A stretch of 64,000 bases of DNA. Origin: the human T2T-CHM13v2.0 reference genome, Homo sapiens. The translations under genes were made by a program, and so were the position numbers. The DNA is taken from NCBI RefSeq assembly GCF_009914755.1, contig NC_060926.1. One strand, 5' to 3'. Below are positions 16,047 through 31,232 of the stretch, one piece after another (the stretch's first letter is position 1; every line of letters starts with the position of its first letter). A model generated the notes under the pieces. The model searched no databases, was not told the DNA's origin, and saw only the letters and a program-made list of their open reading frames with translations.

Positions 16047-16096
16047 GTGTGTGTGTGTGCGCGCACGCGTGTGCATGTATGTGTGCACGTGCACGT
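16047..16096. repeat. Alternating purine-pyrimidine tract (TG/CG/CA)
   Basis: gtgtgtgtgtgtgcgcgcacgcgtgtgcatgtatgtgtgcacgtgcacgt. Confidence 0.85.
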
Positions 16097-16419
16097 AAAC
16101 CATAGGCAGAGCCAACTATATGCGAATAGGATGTCAGCTTGGTTTGGAACAGTAGGACTGACCTGGAGAAGCCATAGTATATAGCAGGGAATAGATAGCC
16201 ACTTCTCCCTCAGTCCTTCTCATTTTCCTTTCGCTCCGTTACCTGCTGGCCTGGAAGACTTAAAGCCAACGTCAGCATTGTAAAAAAGCAAAAAGAAAAG
16301 AAAGAGGAGTCTAGGGAGCTGTACAGTAGGATAAATACTTTTAAAGTTTGGAGACCAGTTTCTCAAATACAATTGATATAGCAGGAGAGACGTGGTTCAG
16401 AATATGCCTAATGTAAATC

Positions 16420-16447
16420 TTATTTGCTTATTTAAATAAGCAAATAA
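16420..16447. repeat. Perfect 28-bp palindrome
   Basis: ttatttgcttatttaaataagcaaataa equals its own reverse complement. Confidence 0.95.
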
Positions 16448-17324
16448 TGTCAACCTTGTTCTCCTGGAAAACTGAGTATGCTAAGAGAGGAAAGTAATGT
16501 TAGAAATAATAAAGCCTTTAAATAGAAGTTTCAGTAATAAACAAAATTCCCATCTGTTATCTCCTTTGCTACTCAGAACATCTCTCTGAGGTGAGATGGC
16601 AGTTTTTACTGTAATACCACGTTTTCATATGAGAAAATCAAGGTCAATAAATGTGAGTCTTAACCATGCTAAAAACAATCAACTTAACAAACATATATTG
16701 AATGCCTGCCACTTTCCAGCCAATGTTTGGGCCTCAGCCATCCCTGAGGATCCAGAAGTATATACAGGGACCTGCTGGTTGTGCATTTCTGTGCCTGGGA
16801 TCCATTAACGAGCAGCAGTAAGCCCAGGGACACTCTCCCTGAAGAACATGTTTAAAATGCCAAGCCTTTAGTTCAATTTACTGACTAACTTCATTTGCAA
16901 GAATTCCATGTACGTAAGTTCAACATTTCCAAATAGAAACTTATCCACATATGGATTTCCATAAATGGGACAGTCCATACTTTTCTATGTATGTCCCATG
17001 ATTTTCCTAGATTGAGAACCTCTAAAAAATATGCTCACACATTGGACTTTATGGAATGATGACATTTGCTTTTAGGGAAAATTCAGACCAACTGGAACGA
17101 GATTAGCTTTTAGTGTTTTCCTAGATTTGAATCCAAGTTTCATAGTATTTAAAAAATCTTATGAAAAAGATTATGAAAATCTTATCATTTTGGGAATGAG
17201 CCCATTCCTTACTTCATTAAATATATATATTTAGTTCTGTTGATTTTGCTGGACTTTAAGGAAGGGGAGTAAAATAAAAGTGCCATTTCTCCATCATCTT
17301 GAAGTAGCTTTCTCCACTACTTTT

Positions 17325-17651
17325 TATTTTCATTAGTTTTTATTTTCATTTTTATTTATGTGTTCTTCTGAGATGGAATTTCCCTGTGTCACCCAGACTG
17401 GAGTGCAGTGGTGCGATCTCGGCTCACTGCAATCTATGCCTCCAGGTTCAAGAGATTCTCCTGCCTCAGCCTCCCAAGTAGCTGGGATTACAGGCACACA
17501 CCACCACACCCAGCTAATTTTTGTATTTTTAATAGAGACGAGATTTCACCATATTGGACACACTGGTGTCCAACTCCTGACCTCAGGCTATCCGCCTGCC
17601 TAAGCCTCCCATAGTGCTGGGATTAGAGACATGGGCCCTCACACCTGGCTG
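17325..17651 (-). mobile_element. AluS (Sx/Sz-like)
   Basis: Antisense Alu dimer with degenerate T-tail and approximate TSD tctccactacttttt / tctccattattttt. Confidence 0.9.
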
Positions 17652-17739
17652 GATCTCTCCATTATTTTTAATGAATCACTCTAAATGCTGTACTCTTAAT
17701 AAATATACATCGAATTGTAGAGTACAGCATGTTTTAGTC

Positions 17740-18390
17740 CCTTAAAAATGAGGCCCAACCAACACATATATAATCACCTAATTTATGGCAAAGAGACCTA
17801 CAGAACAGTTGAGGGAAGTGACCTTCATATAAATGAGCAGTTGGATATAAGAGAAATGAATATGACCCTGTATTAGTCTGTTCTGCATTGCTGTAGGGAA
17901 TGTGTGAGACTGGGTAATTTATAAAGAATAAAGGTTTATTTGGCTCATGGTTCTGCAGACTGTACAGGAAACATGGCACCAGCATCTGCTTCTGGTGAGG
18001 GCCTCAGAAAGCTTCCAATCATGGTGGAAGGCAAAGGGGAAGCAAGCATGTCACATGGCAAGAGGGAGTGAGAGAGAGAGGTAGAGGTACAAGGCTTCTT
18101 TTAAACAATCAGTTTTTGCATGAACTAATAAAGAACTCACTTATCACTAAGGTGATGGAGCTAAGCCGTTCATGAGGGATCTGCCCCCATGATCAACACC
18201 TCCCACCAGGCCCCACCTACAACATTGGGGATCACATTTAAACATGAAATGTGGAGAAGACATACATCCAAACCACAACAGACCCCCTAACACATACCAT
18301 ACATATAAATCAACTGCAAGTCATTTCAAATCTGTATATCATATGTAAAACAATAAAACTTTTAGAAGAAAACTAAAAAACATCTTCAAA
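17740..18390 (+). mobile_element. Old L1M ORF2 fragment split by the MSTB LTR
   Basis: cacatatataatcacctaatttatggcaaag...gaccc on the left and gacccc...aaaacttttagaagaaaac on the right of the LTR. Confidence 0.55.
17869..18280 (-). mobile_element. MaLR solo LTR (MSTB-like)
   Basis: tgtattagtctgttc...ccaaaccacaaca termini and 5-bp TSD gaccc (17864-17868, 18281-18285). Confidence 0.9.
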
Positions 18391-18392
18391 GA

Positions 18393-19398
<1,006 letters not shown>

Positions 19399-19594
19399 TG
19401 ACTCATTATTGTACTGTAGCAGCTTTTCCATAATCCATCACCAATTTTGTCTTTATATGTTTTTGGGCTGAAATCATCATATACTAATTTCTCAAGCAAA
19501 TTCTGAGGACCAGCAGAATGGCTGTGGTGTAGGCTGCTCATCTTGATTGAATCACTGGGGCAAGTCATTTGGTGTTACTCTGAGTAAATTAGAC

Positions 19595-19762
19595 TAGCAG
19601 TTCTCAAAGCATGGTCCGTGAACCAGCAGCACCGGCAGCACCTGAGAATTTATTAGAAATGTGATTTTGTGGCCCCATTCTAGACCGACCGAATTAGAAA
19701 CTCTTGGGGTGCTCCCCAACAATCTGTATGTTATCAAACACTACAGAAGATTCTGTACACAC
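19595..19762. mobile_element. MER5A left part (remainder at 23310-23338)
   Basis: tagcagttctcaaagcatggtcc...cagcacctgagaatttattagaaatg...gattctgtacacac. The other end, tgcacagtaaaatttgagaactactg, follows the L1M. Confidence 0.75.
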
Positions 19763-19764
19763 TT

Positions 19765-22700
19765 ATTTGTTTCTCTTCTATTTTCTATTGTGGTAAAATA
19801 CATATAACATAAAATTTGCCATGTTAACAATTTTACAGTATGCAATTCAATGTTATTAAATACATTTATAATGTTGTACAGCCATGATCACCATCCCATC
19901 TCCATTACTCTTTCATCCTGTAAACTAAATTCTATACCAATTAGACAATAACACCCCATTTCCCCTTCTCCTCAGCCCCTAACAACCACCACCCTACTTT
20001 TTGTCTATATGATTTTGACTACCTCATATATAAGTGGAATCTTATAGTATTTGTCTTTTTGTGACTGGCTTATTTCATTTAGCAAAATGTTCTCAACTTT
20101 CATCTGTGTTGTAGCATGTGTCAGAAGTTTCTTTTTAAGGCTAAATAAGATTCCAGTGTATGTACATAACCACATTTTGCTTATCCATTCATCCACGCTT
20201 GGACACTTGGGTTGCTTCTATGTTTTAGCCATTGTGAATAATGCTGCTATGAGCATGGGTGTACAAATATCTCTTTGAGGCCATGTTTTCAATTCTTTGG
20301 GGTACATACCCAGAAGTGGAGTTGCTGGATCATATAGTAATTCTATTTTTAATTTTTTGAGAAACTTCTCTACTGTCTTCCACACCAGCTGTACTATTGT
20401 ACGTTCCTACAGTGTACAAGGGTTCTGATTTCTCCACTCCCTCATAAACACTTGCTATTTTCTGTGGTTTTGATAGTGGCCATGCTAATGCGTATGAAGT
20501 GGTAAGTTTCACTGTAGTTTTGATTTGCATTTCTCTAATGCTTATTGATTTGTGGCATCTTTTCATGTGCTTATTGGCCGTTTGTTTATCATCTGAAGAA
20601 ATGTCTGTTCAAGTCCTTTGCCTATTTTTAAACCAGATTTTTTTGTTGTTGTTGATTGTTAGTATATAGAAATGCAACTAAGTTTTTTGTATTGACTGTA
20701 TCCTGATACTTTGCTGAACTTATCTATTTGCTAAAATCAGTCTATTTTGTCTAATATTAGTATAACCACCCCTGCTCTCTTTTGGTTAGTATTTGCCTGG
20801 AATATTCTTTCCATCCTTTCACTTTCAATCTATTTGTGCCTTTGGATATAAAAGTGAGTCATCTGTAGACAGAATGTAGTTGGATTTTATGTTTTCATTT
20901 ATTCAGCTAATCTCTGTCTTTTGACTGATATTATTTCATTTACATTTAAAGTAATTAGTGTCAATGAGAGAGTTAATTCTGTCATTTTTTCACTTGTTTT
21001 CTATATCCATTAGTTTTTTTATTCCTCACACCCTTATATTACTGTCTTTTATGTTTAGTTGATTTTTTGTAGTGAAGTGTTGAAATTACTCTTTTATTTC
21101 CTTTTGCATATTTTCTATCACTATTTTCTGTGTGGTTACCACAAAGATTACAGTTAACATCCTAAAGTTACAATATTATAACTTGAATTTATACCAGCTT
21201 AACTTCAGTAACATACAAAACTCTGATATAAAGATAACTTTGTTCCCAACCCTTTTCCTGTTGTTGATGTCATAAAATTACATCTTTGCATGTTTCCTGC
21301 CCTAAAACATAAACTAATGGTGGTTCTTTTAAATACATTAGTCTCTTCGAATATGTAGAAAACAAAATGTGGAGTTACAAACCAAAGTTATAAGAATACT
21401 AGCTTTGGACTAATAATTTTTTTCAAACGTACTTGTCTCTTAGGTCATGTGGAGAACAAAAAGTAGATTTACAAGTCATTATTATAATAATACTAGCTTT
21501 TACAATGGTTCATGGATTTACCTTTATTGAGTTTTTTATTTTTTCATATGGCTTCAAGTTACTGTCTGGTGTCCTTTCATTTCACCATGTAGGACTCCCT
21601 TGAACGTTTCTTGCAGAGCAGGTGCAGTGGTAATGAACTTTTGTTTATCTGGGAATATCTTACTTTCTTCCTTAATTTTGAAAGACAGTTTTGCTGATAT
21701 AGGATTCTTGGTTGACAGGGTGTTTTTGTTTTTGTTTTTGTTGTTTCATTTTAGCCCTTTGAATAGGTTGATTCACTGCCTTCTGGCCTCTAAAATTCTG
21801 GTGAGAAATCTACCAAAAATCTCATTGAGAATCCCTGTATGTGAGAAGTCATTTATCTTTTACTGCTTTCATGATTCTCACTTTGGAATTTAAAAGTTTG
21901 ATTAAAATGATTCTTGGTGTGAATCCGTTTGAGTTCATCTTACTTGCAGTTCACTTGAGTTTCATAGAAGTTTATATTCATGTTTTTTATAAAATTTGCA
22001 AAATTATCCATTATTTCTTTGAATATTCTCCCTACCCCTTCCTCTCACTTTTCTGGGAGTTCAACAACACATATACTGTTTTGCTTGATGGTGTCCCACA
22101 GGTCTCTTACGGTCTGTTCACTTTTCTTCAGTCATTTTTCTATCTGTTTTTCAGGCTTGATAATTTCCTTTGTTCTGTTGTCAAGTTTGCTGATTTTTTT
22201 TCTTCTCCCTGCTCTGCCTTTGACTCCTTCTGGTGAATTTTTCATTTCAGGTGTTCTACTTTTCAGCTCCAGAATTTCTTGTTTCCTTTTAAAAGATTTT
22301 TTTGTCTCTTTCCTGATATTTCATTTTCTTCATACATGATTTTCTTGATTTCTTCCAAATTTTCCTTTAAACCTTTGGGCAACTTTAAGAGAGTTGTTTT
22401 AAAGTCTTTGTCTAATAGATCTGCCATCAGATCTTTTTCAGGGACAGTTTCTATTTTTTTTTTCCTTTGAATGTGCCATACTTTCTGGTTTCTTTTTATG
22501 CCTTGTGATTTTTTTGTTGAAAACTGAACATTTGAATCTAATAATGTGGTACCTCTATAAATTGATTCTTCCTCTTTCCCAAGATTTTCTGGGTTTTATT
22601 GTTGTTTTTGTTTATTATTTTGTAAGTTAAAAAAGTTGTAGGCTATCTCTGTGCCAAGTACTAAACTGAAGTGTAAACTTAAGATCTTCTTAGGTCTTTT

Positions 22701-23305
22701 CTGAGCCTGTGCCTTTCCCTGAGCTTGTACAATTGCTTTCTAATTTTCCCTATATATGCAGTTGCTTTTTAATATTATAATCATTAATGCCTGGTTCCTA
22801 AAAGGGGTAAAAAGAGAGAACTTAAGGGGAGGAAGGTCAGTGGTCGTTTAATTCCTTTGGAAGCCACTTCAGCTGGAGGAGGAAGGGCTTGCAACAATGG
22901 GAGGGGGATACAGCAATGGCCACTCATTTGATTGTCTGCACGTCTGTGATCAGAAGCAGTAATCAGTAATCAGAGCACAGATTCCTGATATTTGGATGAC
23001 AGAGTTCATTCTGCCCACTCTGGGCCCCACAAGCCATGTACCAATTGCTTCAAGAACACATGCATAGTTGCCTGCCATAGGGCTAGGTCTAGGGGTTGGG
23101 TAGCCAGTACTGTGCTAATAGCCAAAATTGACCAAAATTAACCACAATTTGCCATTCAGTCATCCCTCTAAAAGTTTCAAACCTTCCATAGACGCCAGAT
23201 TTCTAAAACAGTTATAGCAGACAGAGTCTGCCAGTGCAATTGTTTTCTAGGTGGGGAGACAGATTCCTGGTGCTTTCTACTTCACCATCTTTCTAGAACC
23301 CTCTC
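19765..23305 (-). mobile_element. L1MB-like element with both ends retained but internally deleted (~3.5 kb)
   Basis: L1MB 3' end (tgtggtaaaatacatataacataaaatttgcc), ORF2 C-terminal remnant (MDEWISKMW), jumps at ~20655 and ~20735, ORF1/5'UTR-like sequence, and 5' end ctacttcaccatctttctagaa. Confidence 0.75.
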
Positions 23306-23754
23306 ACCTCTGTGCACAGTAAAATTTGAGAACTACTGTTTTTGACTAATCAGAGGCCACCTCTGTACCTAGAGTCAAACCCTCATACTACATGGCAAAT
23401 AATTATAAAGGTTTGGAATGTACATATAGCTATAAAAATTTATAAATTATATTTATTTGATAATGAAAAATTTTCAAAAGCATTATGTTTAGTCAAATGA
23501 AGTTGTAAAATGTAATTTCCTTGAGTATATTTTAAATTAGCTAAATTCTTATCTATTTGGATTATTTACACCATTGTTCTTCCAATTTTGGATTGTGATT
23601 CTTTTAGGCAATTACATAATTATTTTAATCACAGATATTTTAATATTTTATATGTAATGTAGAGAATATAATAGAAAATAGAGTGTAGCAATGTGACCTT
23701 TCCTTTCAAATATGTACCTATGTGTATGAACATGTATGTTTTACCATGTTGCAA

Positions 23755-24167
23755 TATAAAATGTTTAACAACTATTTGTGTGGGGGCAAGATGCCCTAGT
23801 TGTAGTATTTGCCAATTTCTGTGGAGTAAATAACCTCCCTCACACCACTTCATAGCAGATGTCAAGCTACCAGTGTGTCATCACCGAAGGAGAATTTGGG
23901 CAAGATGCACAATACACACCATTGTATATTTCCACAATAAAAATACTGTAGACATAAATAACCTCAAGAGTATATAGTAAAATGTAGTAAAGGAGTTAGG
24001 CAGTGATATGTTTGAGTGTTTATTACTTTTATTTTAATACAATTAATTTAGAATTATATAATTGAATCTTTAATAATGGCCATCTTTAGCAGCTGTCTTA
24101 CAAGCTTCCTGAGAATATAACAGTTGGCTCTCAAGAGCTGATATAAACCAGCTTAAGCACGCAATTG
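23755..24167. mobile_element. MER63-family hAT-Blackjack element
   Basis: aaatgtttaacaac...tttgccaatttctgtgg...gtagacataaataacctcaagag...cagttggctctcaagagctg. Confidence 0.7.
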
Positions 24168-24879
24168 GACTGTGCCATAAAATTTGAAAGTCCTTGATTT
24201 AGGCTACTCCTCATGGTCCTTACTGCTGACTCAAAATTTATGAGAGAAAATGGCAAATGTAATAAACGATTTCAAGACCTTTATCCTTTCCCTGGACTAC
24301 ATAAGCTTCTTTATTATAAGAAGAAAATCTCATTTCCATCCATTCCTCTTTTCCATAATCAAATTATTTTTCCCCTAAAAATTGGCAGCTGTATCCATCT
24401 TTATCTTAGTATACCCGATGAATTGGATTGGGGCACTGAAGGGAAGAGAGGAGTTGAAAACCATCTGACATTCAAAGGTTGGTGTAATTTTGCATCATTA
24501 GCTTCAGTGAGGAGACAGGAATCGTAATAATTTAAATGCAGTTAGCTTCTGTTGGCTGGATCACTTTCACCATTCTGAAGATTCTTTCAGTATAGATTCT
24601 TCTCATAGTAATCTTTAGCTCATTATAACACATTATATATTTTTTAAAACTAATGCTAATTATACCCATTCTGTCTGCATTTTATTTCTGTTTCCTGTAA
24701 AGGATACCAAAGGAAGCACCTTTTTCAGAGAATAAAATTTCAAATATGACAAAAAGGTAAGTGCCATATAAATTTGTTCTGTGGCACTTTTCCTCAGAGT
24801 TTTTGAGATTGTTTATGATAAAATAAATGAGAACGTATCTGTTAATGAAATTTGGTTTCTACTTCAGCTTCTGGAAAAC

Positions 24880-25140
24880 ACCATAAGCCTTTTCCTGAAG
24901 GTACAACTTAAGTTTCATCTTTCTTGCAAAATCTTTCCTAATGAGTTGTCCTGGTTATTTATTTTGTCTGTTTCTGATAACTATTATAGTTATTTTCTTG
25001 GTGGCAAAATTAGGACTTCATTGTTCTCTCACTATCTTCTTATCTGGGCCAAATTTTAAGATCTATAAGGGCAGAATCTTTTATTTTACTAATATCTCCA
25101 TAATGCCTAGCAGTATCAGGAACATAGTATCATGTTGTGC
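24880..25140 (+). mobile_element. L2 3' fragment
   Basis: taagatctataagggcagaatct...taatgcctagcagtatcaggaacatagta. Confidence 0.5.
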
Positions 25141-25209
25141 CTTTTAAAGTTTATCAGAAAGAAGTGTAAGGTTCTCCACGTGAGTCTATACGGTCATCTC
25201 CTCCCTCAT

Positions 25210-25410
25210 AATATTACTAATACACTAATAGCCTGTATTGTTTACTGCTTACTAAATACTAAGCACTATTCTAAGTATTTTACCTGTATTGTCTATAAAA
25301 TTCTTCTTACAAACCCAAGGTAATAGGAAAAAAAGATATCCTGTGATCGCATGGGTTAAGGACTGGCACCCAGAAAGTTTGACTCTAAAATCTGGACCCA
25401 TAATCACTTA
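25210..25410 (-). mobile_element. MIR
   Basis: tgcttactaaatactaagcactattctaagtattttacctgtatt...tttgactctaaaatctgg. Confidence 0.6.
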
Positions 25411-27030
25411 CTTGACCATTTCACATACCTATATGATAAAGCAATAGCACATGTTTCAGATGTCTGCCAACAAAAGTCCCAACTTTGATGGATTTCAGTG
25501 CTTTCAAGATTATGTAAAAGTGGAATTTAGAATTTCCAAAGTACTCCAGGAGTAGCCAAGTAAAAGATATGAAAATGCAAAGTGTAAGACCAAATGTAAA
25601 AATAGATATGAGAATAAACTGAGTAATATAGACATTTGATTTGAGCTTCTTTGAAAGTGAGAGATAAGAGTTGTATGGTAATTCATTGAAATTTTACTAC
25701 AAAGACAGGAGGCATTTTTAAGATCAGACCTGACATTTTGGAACTATAGTTCACATCGTTGGCAAGGCCTGTCCAACCCCAATGATCTGAGCAAGAGCTA
25801 AGACAAGCTGTGCTTTGGGCTATGTCATCCTTTCAGAGCTCTGCCTTACTCAGGTCTGAGAAACTAAATTATTCCATCTTTAATCTTTTATATAATTTCT
25901 AACAAAAATCCAACTGAAAAGGACTTTCTGAAGCAGTTAATTTAAATGATTTATATGAGGAGTTCATTGCTAAAAACCAAGAATCCTGTGCAATTTTTTT
26001 TTTTTTAAAAAAAGGATCTATTTTCACTTAATGATTAGAAAAACCCAAAGCATCAAAGGTATGATCAATGTCCTCATGGCCCTGCTTCAGTAGTATCTTG
26101 AAGGGGTCACCTGAAAACAAAACAATGGAAATGCAAGTTCTTGATCTGTATGAAATATAATCATTCTTCTTTTCAGAGAAGAATTGAGTTTACCCTATTT
26201 TAAGTAGAATTGTTTTTCCTGTAAGAAATTAAAATTGTTGTTTGCTACAGCAGATTTTATTTGATCAACTGAAAGTTTCATGACATTCCAATTAAGAAGA
26301 AAAATATAATCCAAACCATTTCTAGAAATAAAATGTACAGTGCTAATAGTGGTCAGTCGTCTGTTTAGTAGAATCAGAATTCATCCAATATAAAGTAGAG
26401 CGAGGCAACACAAGATAGTGGTTATGATCATAGGGGGTTGATGTGACATTTTTTAGATTAAAAACTCAGCTTTTCTGATTATTAGTTGAGTGAACTGAAG
26501 TTACCTAAAGTTTCCTAACCTCCACTTGCAAATCTTTCATATGGATATGAATGGACATATTGACTCAAAATATCAATGTAGGGAGGAATAGATATGAGAT
26601 GCTGAGTGCAATGAATGAAGTTACAGTGATATTGTATATACTCAACCCTCTGCTTTTTATTTATGTATTATCCACAGCATGATTGATCACAAGAATGTTT
26701 TTCAAATTTGTATTGGCATTGTGGTCATTCTGCTCAATTGTTTATGTGTTCACATAAATAAGATGCTAGTTTAAAGTATCCAAGTTGTTCTGGAAAGGGA
26801 AGGTCTTTTAATAATAAATAAGTAAATAAATTTATTTAGATTCCAGACAAGGCATCCTCACAAGTTACTTTGGGGGTGCCTGCTACCTGCTGTATTTTAA
26901 TCCTTTGTATGAAACTAAGATTTTCTTTCTAAGCTGTAATGTGAAGAGGAAAGTATTAAGTTTTAAGCAAAAGGAAAATAGTTAATAAAGTAAGAGAAAA
27001 ATTAGTCCATTGAACTTGTTTGAGTTTGTG

Positions 27031-27107
27031 TATTTATTTTATTTTATCTTATTTTATTTTTTAGTGACAGGGTTCCAACAGTCTGTTGCCCATGGTGGAA
27101 TACAGTG
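27031..27107 (-). mobile_element. Short Alu 3' remnant
   Basis: T-rich tail followed by agtgacagggttcc...ctgttgcccatggtggaatacagtg. Confidence 0.55.
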
Positions 27108-27156
27108 TGTATGTTTTTAACATTGCATAAAGTGTTCATAAAAACATCAAACATAT

Positions 27157-27524
27157 TGTCTCAGTCTGTTCTTACTGCTATAACAAAAATACCTTAGATT
27201 GGGTAATTCGTAAATTATAGAATTTTTTTCCTCACAGTTCTGGAGGCCGGAAATGCTAGATCAAGTCTCCAGCAGATTCAGTGTCTGGGAACAGCTCACT
27301 TTCTGCTTCAAAGATGGTGCTTTGTTGCTGTGTCCACACATGGCAGAAAGGGCAGACAGGGCAAATAGCTCCCTTGCACCTTGTTAATAAGGTTATAATT
27401 TCCACGCATGAGGACTCCACCCTCATGACTTAATAACCTCTTGAATGTCCCATCTATTAATACTATTACATTAGTGATAGGTGTCAACATATGAATTTTG
27501 AGGCGATACATTTAGACCACAGCA
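27157..27524 (-). mobile_element. MaLR solo LTR (MSTC/MLT1A-like)
   Basis: tgtctcagtctgttcttactgctataacaaaaatacc...catttagaccacagca. Approximate TSD catat/gatat. Confidence 0.85.
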
Positions 27525-28154
27525 GATATATATTTAAATGTATTTCAAAAAGAACGCCAAGAAGCAAATATACGTTATTTTACTTATCTAAAACATGGTC
27601 TAGTAGTTGAGATTAAACTGTTAAAACACAATAGCACCAAGTGATAAAATATAACTTCATACACCTGCAGGGAAAGTGGACAATTTGAGGAAGATGTGAG
27701 TTGATTTTCCTCTTCTTTTCAATAAGGTTTTTTTTTTTCCCCCTCCATCTCCAAGGGCCTTTCTCACAATGACTTTTGTGAAAGAAAAGCTCAGTGACAT
27801 TATCTGCAGATATTATCTGCTGCTTCTAAGTCAGTCACAGGTTTTGCTTAAAGGCAAGGAAACACATTGCTCCCAATCAGACCTTGGTGTCCCAACTTCA
27901 GAAGGCTCACTCTCCTATAAATGCAACCTCATGCCTTATAGTTGGACTGAAATATTTCAATGAATTCTTCTTAAGGAAATGTTAATAATGGCCTAGCTTC
28001 ATTGATGTGTCCTGGGAGCTATTTTTGTTTTTGTTTTATCCTGAAAAGACATAAGATGCTAAGATAATATCAAAAGAAACAATACATTTGATAATCAGAT
28101 TTGGAGCTATTCAGTATACATTAAGAAATTTTCATGTTATTTACGAATATTTCA

Positions 28155-28496
<342 letters not shown>

Positions 28497-28536
28497 TTAA
28501 CTTGTTCTCAGTAAGCTGTCTACCTTGTTTATATAA

Positions 28537-28879
<343 letters not shown>

Positions 28880-29649
28880 TAATAAAAAATGATACAACTG
28901 TGTTGTAGCAGTAGGCCTCCGGATGGATGCAAATTTGTCTACAATTTTTTTTTTTAGTCAACGTAATCACCAGCAGGGTAGGAGACATTCACATTCTGGA
29001 GCTGACGGGAAGGGATATTAAGAAAAAGAGCCAAGCCGACTGACCCACTCAGGACCTCATTAATACTAGACATCTTTATCTGTGTTTAACTATAATTTAT
29101 TCTCCAGAGAAAAAGTGAGAAGAAAACCCAAGTATTCTTTTGGGTTATTACTTCATGTAGGGCCTCCCTCGAGCATTATTTTTAACTCAAAAATAGATTT
29201 TTGGCAACCATGTTGTTATAATAATAATAGAGCAAACAGTAAAAAACAAAAATGTCACATCAAGATTTTTAGAAGAAGGCTGCCTTATTACTTTGAGTTA
29301 CTCCTACGTGTTTGTAATCCTTATATTATAAACTGTTGGCTGCTGATTTTTTGTTTTGTCCTGTCAGCCAGAGTCTGACATGATGACATATGACTGGCAG
29401 AGTTGTGTTCCTTGTAGAGCAGGGGAGCAGAAGGCCATTCCGTGGTTAAGACAATGAGGAGATTAACAAATTGGCTTTTAAATCAAAATGCCATTTTGTG
29501 TAGAATTTGTATTTTGTTTGTCAAAAATACTTGTTTTCCATTCCTAGGAAAAAATCAATCAATCAAGCAAATTAATTCAACACACCCTTTATGAGCTTGA
29601 TACAACCTACAAACATAGATACAACCTAGAGTACATAGTGTGAGATTAA

Positions 29650-29900
29650 TGTATTCATTGATTCATTTATTCATTCATTCATTCAAAAATATATATTAAA
29701 TATCTAGCGTGTGCCAGACACCGTTTATGACATTGGGGTAAAGCAAAGACCATACGTTGTAGTCCAGTAGAGGAAAGTAGATAATAAGCAACCAAAAATA
29801 TACATATATAATATGTTAGTTGGTGATAGTGCTTGAAAGAAGTAAAAAGTTTAGTAAGGGGGTGGAAAAGGATGGGTAGTGATGCCACTTATTGTTCAGT
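29650..29900 (-). mobile_element. L2 3' end
   Basis: (ATTC)n tail then aaatatatattaaatatctagcgtgtgccagacac. Confidence 0.65.
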
Positions 29901-30139
29901 AGGAGTCTCCAAGGGCCATGAAACAGTGAAAGAGCATATTTTTCTGGAGTGATACCAATTTTGGAAAAATTCTATGGACTACTAATGTGCACTATCTGAA
30001 GGACTGTAATCTTATAGAAAAGGATCTTATGACTCAGGTCTATGATAAACAATTTTTCAAAGTAAATTACTTTTGAGAGTGGGCTATAAAATGGTTTTAA
30101 AATCAAATCTAATCAGTGTTGGACAGGGACACTATAAGA

Positions 30140-30880
<741 letters not shown>

Positions 30881-30997
30881 TGAAGGTGCAAGGACCTCCT
30901 GTGACGCTATTCCTGAATAGTCTGAAACACTCATTCTACAATAACAGAATTGTAGCAATCAAATATGTAAGGTGAGCTATGTAGTGGTATTCTGAGA

Positions 30998-31232
30998 AGC
31001 AGCATGGTGTGGTGGTTAAAATTATGGACTCTGGAGCCAGGCTGCTAGAGTGTAAAAACCCTATGCCACCTCTTGCTAGCTAAGTAGCTTTGGGAATCTT
31101 ACTTATTAATCTGTGCCTCAGTTTCTCATCTGTGAAATGGGAATAACATTATCTGCTTTATGGGATTATTATGAGGATTAAATAAATGAATGCTTGTAAA
31201 ACACTTAGAATAGTGCCTGACACATAAGTGGT
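30998..31232 (+). mobile_element. MIR, near full length
   Basis: gcagcatggtgtggtggttaa...ctgtgcctcagtttctcatctgtgaaatggg core...cttagaatagtgcctgacacata. Confidence 0.85.

Noticed and set aside
25480-26050. Possible ancient hAT transposase remnant
   Set aside because: Only a vague resemblance, with no TIRs or translatable motif I can support.
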